Of a DNA stretch of 64,000 nucleotides, positions 42,671 through 64,000 are shown piece after piece (position 1 is the first letter of the stretch; every line of letters begins with the position of its first letter). A program made the translations under genes and the position numbers. The notes under the pieces are model-generated. The model was not told the origin of the DNA, made no database searches, and worked only from the letters and a program-made list of their open reading frames with translations. The stretch comes from the human T2T-CHM13v2.0 reference genome, Homo sapiens: assembly GCF_009914755.1 (NCBI RefSeq), contig NC_060925.1. The stretch is one strand, 5' to 3'.

Positions 42671-43919
42671 CAATTAAAGATCCCAAAAGCATTGGGATTC
42701 TCTACCTGTTGGAGGAGTAACCCCAGATACAAAGGAGTGAATGGAAGGCTCTCAGATATTGCCACTGGATCATATGGAAGATACTCCCCTCCTGGCATGA
42801 ACACAGAGCTGCAGGGGCAGTGAGGACCCCTTGGTGGGAAGGCAGCCTGCTATCCCCTAACTGGCACCTAAGGTGTAACCAGCAGATCCTTAGCTTATTT
42901 TTAGGTGAAGAATAAAATTCAGAGGCATTAATTGACTTGCTGAGTCCATGGGCAGTGAATGGCAGAGCTGAGATTCAAGCTCTGTAAGATGCACCACCCC
43001 CCTCCTCCTCAAAATGCAGCTGGGATCTCTACACCCCCAATTTGTAGCCCTCCTCTGGGGCCTAGCCTCATCTCGTCTGTCTCCAATCTCAGGATTTATT
43101 CCAGCAGACCCGAAGATGGGTCAGTATTTAATCTCTAAGCTGCTTGCCAGCTGCTCACAGTTTGACTTGCAGTAGCCACTAGAAATCTCTTTCCTTTCCC
43201 TTCCCAGCTGGAAATTGCTGGCAGTAGGGGAGGGCCCAGGAAGAACCAGGCTCTCCCAAACCCCACCTATAACACGGCTCCACCAACCCCCCAACCCCTG
43301 CTCCTTCTCAGGTGTTCTGTGCCCCAATCACCCTCACCTCCTTCCTCATGCTCACGGCCCACTCTGGGACAACTACTCTTTGTCCAGTTATTCATTCAGA
43401 AAACAATCCCCGAGGGCTTGCTGTGCTCTGGGCCACATCTGCCCCCAAGGAGCCAGAAGGACAGTGGCATAATCAGACACAAGGGCCTGGGGCCAGGGAA
43501 GTAGGACTTGACTCTGGCTCTGCCGTTACTAGTTCTGGACAAATGACCTCACCCTTTTGAGTCTCAGATTTCTCATCTGCATAATGCAGATAACAATTGT
43601 TCCTACATCTTATAGGGTTTAGTTGAGAATAAATAAGATAGTGCATGCAAAGCCCATAGAGAGCTGTTCACCAGTTGGTAGCTAGAGGTGTAATAAAGGG
43701 CTTCAGGGCTCACAGATACAGATGAGCTCAGCCTAGGGGGAGGGAGGAGGAGGAGAGAGTCATTGAACAGGTAGTTAGGAATGAGCTTGGGTCACTCCAG
43801 GCAGAGGCCTCTGGGGATGTAAAAAGGAAGAGGAGTTAGTTTCTGGTTTGTTTTGATAATTCAGTGAGTTTATGTAAAACATTTGAAACTGTTCCTGGCC
43901 TGCAGGTGCAAGCTCTAGA

Positions 43920-43920
<1 letters not shown>

Positions 43921-43953
<33 letters not shown>
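43921..43953. repeat. (ATG)11 microsatellite
   Basis: Perfect trinucleotide run. Confidence 0.95.
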
Positions 43954-43955
<2 letters not shown>

Positions 43956-44066
43956 GGTAACGTGGGGGGGATTTAGCCCAATATTTGAAGCCAGAAGGAC
44001 GGTGGCATGGTCAGACATGTGTCAGAAGCTGACACATGGTGACAGCTTCTTGAGGCTGTGCCTCAC

Positions 44067-44078
44067 CTGGGTCTTCAT
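44067..44078 (-). CDS. LACTBL1: Putative first coding exon portion of LACTBL1 (MKTQ); exon probably 44067-44153
   Basis: Minus strand reads AGA-ATG AAG ACC CAG|GTGAGG, with A at -3 and a strong donor. Phase 0 matches the acceptor at 37204. A polypyrimidine tract plus AG lies at 44154-44155. Confidence 0.6.
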
Positions 44079-44330
44079 TCTCTCCAAGGCATGGAAGATT
44101 CTGGCTCTTTGAGGATTCAGGTCTACACCACAGGAGATCCCGTAAGCAGGAAACTGAGTCAGAGGAGTGAAGGCAAAAAGAGGTCCTGAGGGGCTGGAAA
44201 AAGAGGAGGGGGACAGAGAAAAGCTAGAAAACAAGGAGGGTAGACGAGGATGCGGGGGATCAAAGCAGCCCTCCTCTTCCCATGGCTCCCCCTCCCAGGT
44301 GAGAGAAACAGCAAGCTCAGAAACCCCTGC

Positions 44331-44440
44331 CAGGTGACCCGGCATCCCAGTTTGTCCAGGACTGTCTTGATTTTAGCACTGAAAGTCCTGCATTCCCAGA
44401 AACCCCTCAGTCCCAGGCAAATGGGACCATTGGTTACCCT
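44331..44440 (+). mobile_element. MER81-like hAT MITE
   Basis: cagg(g)tgacc...ggttaccctg terminal inverted repeats and internal ttttagcactgaaagtcc. Confidence 0.75.
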
Positions 44441-45550
44441 GTGTGCCCCGCATTGAATTCCAGCTCCTCTTCCCCACCCCCAGCCTGCGGAGAACAATCT
44501 GGTCAGGCCCTCAGGCTCTTGGCCACAACTTACCCTCTCCAGAAGGTTCCAGCAAGAACAGGGCAGTTAGGGCCCCAGTTTGGCTGACAGTGCCTCTGGG
44601 AGTCCCCTGTGTTCCAGAGGACAGGAATGGCTTCCTGGGCTCTGAGGCACAGGCTTTACCAAGCTCTCCAGGGGCCGGCAGATGTGGCGCCTAATTTCCC
44701 CGGTGCTAATCCCTCAGAGTGCCTGCTGCCATGGGGATTAGCTTCTGGGGTCCCCAAGCAGCGGGGAAGCGGGGGAGATCTGTCAGGGAGCATTGGGTAA
44801 CATCATGTGACCCGAGTGCTCCACGCTGGTGAAGAAAGGAACACTCTCTCCAAAAGGAGTGTCTGCCAAACCCAGTGTGGAAAAGGGATGTCAGGAGGCC
44901 ACCAGGGTCATTTCCAGCTGGGAAGGGAAAGGAGAGAGATTTCCAGGCTTGGTCTGACCCCACACAAGCTCCTCAGGCACCTCTGAGGAAACTGGAGCAC
45001 GAAGGAACCCAGTTTAAGGACCACTGGGGTCAGCCTAGTTGTGAAATATTCAGGTAACCTGGGTCCAAATCTTAGTCTGTCACTGCCAGTGTGAGCCTGT
45101 GTGACCAGGGATCATAACCTCTTTGCCTCACATCTATAAAATGGGGACAATAATACTAGCTTGGTTAGCGTGCAGGTTAAATGGAATGCGCTCTTGAAGC
45201 AGGCAGCCCAGAACCCGGCACCTAGTAAGTGCTCCATAAATTTTGGCTTCTTGTCATGGACTTGGCTTTTTTTTTTTTAAAGACAAGAACAGCTGAGCAT
45301 GGTGGCTTATGCCTGTAATCCCAGCACTTTGGGAGGCCAAGGCAGGAGGATGGCTTGAACCTAGGCGTTCGACATCAGCCTGGGCTGAGACCTCGTCTCT
45401 ACAAAAAATTTAAAAATGGCCAAGTGTGGTGGTGTTGCCCTGTAGTCCCAGCTACTCTGGAGGTTGAAGCTGAAGCATTGTTTGAGCCTGGGAGGTGAAG
45501 GCTGCAGTGAGCCGAGATAAGATTATGCCAGTGCGCTCCATCCTGGATGA

Positions 45551-45694
<144 letters not shown>

Positions 45695-45859
45695 TGAGTA
45701 TCTGAGACTACAAGCATGCACTACTATGCCCAGCTAATTATTATTTTTTAATTGCTTTTGGTACAGATGGGGGTCTCCCTTTTTTGCCCAGGCTAGTCTT
45801 AAACTCTTGGCCTCAAGTGATCCCCCCATCTCTGCCTCCCAAAGTGCTGGGATTATAAG

Positions 45860-46927
<1,068 letters not shown>

Positions 46928-47089
46928 TAGGTGTGAGCCACCACTCCCAGCCATGACCTGGCTTTTATGTCAAACTTCTACCTGGCCCCTATGGCAGATA
47001 TCAGATCTCTCTCTGTGAACATTCTAGAAGATTTTCTATTGATTTTAGTTGATACAAAAGATAAAACATATATTCCTTCTCAACATTAG

Positions 47090-47405
47090 ATGAGGTTGCA
47101 CATTGGGGTTACTTGGAGAGCTCTTAAAAACCACTGGTGTCTGGGTCCCACTGCAGAGATCCCCAGAGGCGCAGCTTGGATGCCGCAGCCTTTGAAGACT
47201 CCTTGGTGATTTGACTGTGTGGCCAAGGTTGAGAATCAGTGCCCCAGATCAGTGTGTGTCCCACTTACTTGTGGGTAGGAGCATCCTAGCGATTGTGTTA
47301 CATGGTAGGTTCTGAGCCAGTGAGCCGGGGTGGTATCTGAGAGCCTACATTTCTAACAAGCTCCTAGGTGATGCTGAGGCTGGTGTAAAGACCACACTTT
47401 GAGGA
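47090..47405. mobile_element. MER5-like DNA transposon fragments
   Basis: Motifs caaggttgagaatcagtgc and atttctaacaagctcctaggtgatgctg...accacactttgag. Confidence 0.6.
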
Positions 47406-48917
47406 GCGAGGCTCCTCTGCAACTCACGGATCACACCAGCCTCCACCTCATTATTTCAACGGAGCCTTGAATTGCTATCTCCTTCTACTAATGCTCAGGA
47501 TTGGGGATGGATGGAGGCAAGCCTTCTAGATCTTCTTCTGTAGCCCCCATAGCCAAAAATCTGAGTGATTTTGTCCAAACTTCACATTGTATGGCTGGCA
47601 AAAGAGGCTCACAGAGGGGAAATGACTCACCAAGGTCACATAGCAAGTTTACTGACAACAATTGATCTGGGTCCCAGGTCTTTTTCATTGCACTTGGCTG
47701 TTTGGTTAATCTTCTCTGTGGCTCAGAACTGGCAGCCCGCTTCTTGGACACAGACTGTCTGTTGACAATGTACCACATACGGTCTTTAGAGCCCCCTGTG
47801 CTATGTCCTCTGGTCTCCACAATCCCAGGAGGCAGCTTCTATTCCGTCTCCATTTTACATCCGAGGAAACTGATGCTCCGGAAAGGGAGGTCCCCAAGAA
47901 ATGGCAGAACTGGGTTTGGACCCAGGAGTCCTGTCGTTCCCCAGACACTGACAAGACTCCTCGGTTGCTGTGAGGATTAAATGGAATGTGCTCATGAAGC
48001 AAGCAGCCCAGAGAGAGCCTGGCACCTACTAAGGGCTCCATGAAGTTCGGCTTCCTACAATGACTCGGGTTTTTTTGTTTGTTTGTTTGTTTGTTTTTGA
48101 GACAAGGTCTCACTAACACTACCTAACACTAATCAGTCTATGGGCAAAGACTGTGTCTTATTCAGGTCTATGTCCCCAGACCTAGCACTCCTGGGTTCTG
48201 CAGTCCTTGCCCCCAGGACACCACCCCCTCCCTGAGAACCACTCCCTTGCTCCTAGCCCAGTTCTGAAGGCAGCCATTTTTCACTGCAGAGACCAGCCCT
48301 GCCCCTCCCGAATTTAACTAGACGGGAACCCACAGCGTGTCATACAGCACAGTGGCCCCAGGATGGCAGTAGATGCCCATGTGTAAGATCTCTGGCCCAG
48401 CCTGAGCCTCCTTTAAAGGGTAATTTACTTGCATGTGTCTCTTCCTCCAGGCCCTTGTCCAGGGGCTTTCCATCCATGAACCAAGATATTCCCCACAATA
48501 TCCCCATAGGGAGGAATTATTCACCATCATTTACACACGAAAGATCATGTTCATCCTTTGCCCTTCATGGCCGCTTCCTACTCTTTGGGGAAAAACCAAA
48601 AACCTTACATGCGTAGTTTAAACCTATCCAGTAGATGTCCCTATGGGTCAGGCTGCAAGAGTTCAAATTCCAGCTTCCCCACTTATTACCGGTGTGACTT
48701 TGGTTGGATTTCTTGGCTTCTCTTGGACCTCAATGTGCTCATCCATAAAATGGGGTAATGAAGTAGAAACCACCTCCTTGCAGGGAGGAGTGAGGATTGC
48801 ATGAAATAATACACCTAAAATGTACAATCCAGTAGCTGGCACGCAGCAAGTGCTCAGCAAATGTTAGTCACTCTTATTACCATGAGTCTCATTGGCCTCT
48901 CCTCCTGGGAGAAACTA

Positions 48918-53183
<4,266 letters not shown>

Positions 53184-53219
53184 TCACTGGCATTTAGATG
53201 ATATGTACAGCCATCACCA

Positions 53220-57860
<4,641 letters not shown>

Positions 57861-57954
57861 AGAGAGAGGTGTGACTCAAAATAGGAAGGTGAAGGGAGTC
57901 CTCACTAAGAAGAAGTTATTCGAGCAAAGATCTGAAGGAGTGCAGTAACCCATC

Positions 57955-64000
<6,046 letters not shown>

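Overview
Primate (almost certainly human) euchromatic DNA, very dense in Alus, with no prokaryotic features. One protein-coding gene can be built on the minus strand: LACTBL1, a serine beta-lactamase/penicillin-binding-protein-like gene, recognised from the protein sequence. Six coding exons (37204-37069, 34995-34886, 31876-31719, 30697-30462, 27205-27100, 25803-24822) have canonical GT-AG sites and matching phases. A further upstream exon ending at 44067 would add MKTQ in phase 0 and give a 579-aa protein. That protein has a basic patch plus signal anchor, four N-glycosylation sequons and SISK/YST/KDG active-site motifs, so it looks like a type II membrane serine hydrolase of unknown substrate. 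The rest is nested repeats: an old L1MC-like element (~11.2-22.5 kb) interrupted by a rearranged ERV1 provirus (inverted gag, no 3' LTR), a younger L1PA fragment, MaLR, MER4 and ERVL elements, L2, MIR, DNA transposons and many Alus. Several local template-switch scars are visible, including a 111-bp near-perfect palindrome, a 365-bp templated duplication and a 31-bp inverted insertion. Repeat family names come from recalled consensus sequences, and repeat boundaries are approximate.
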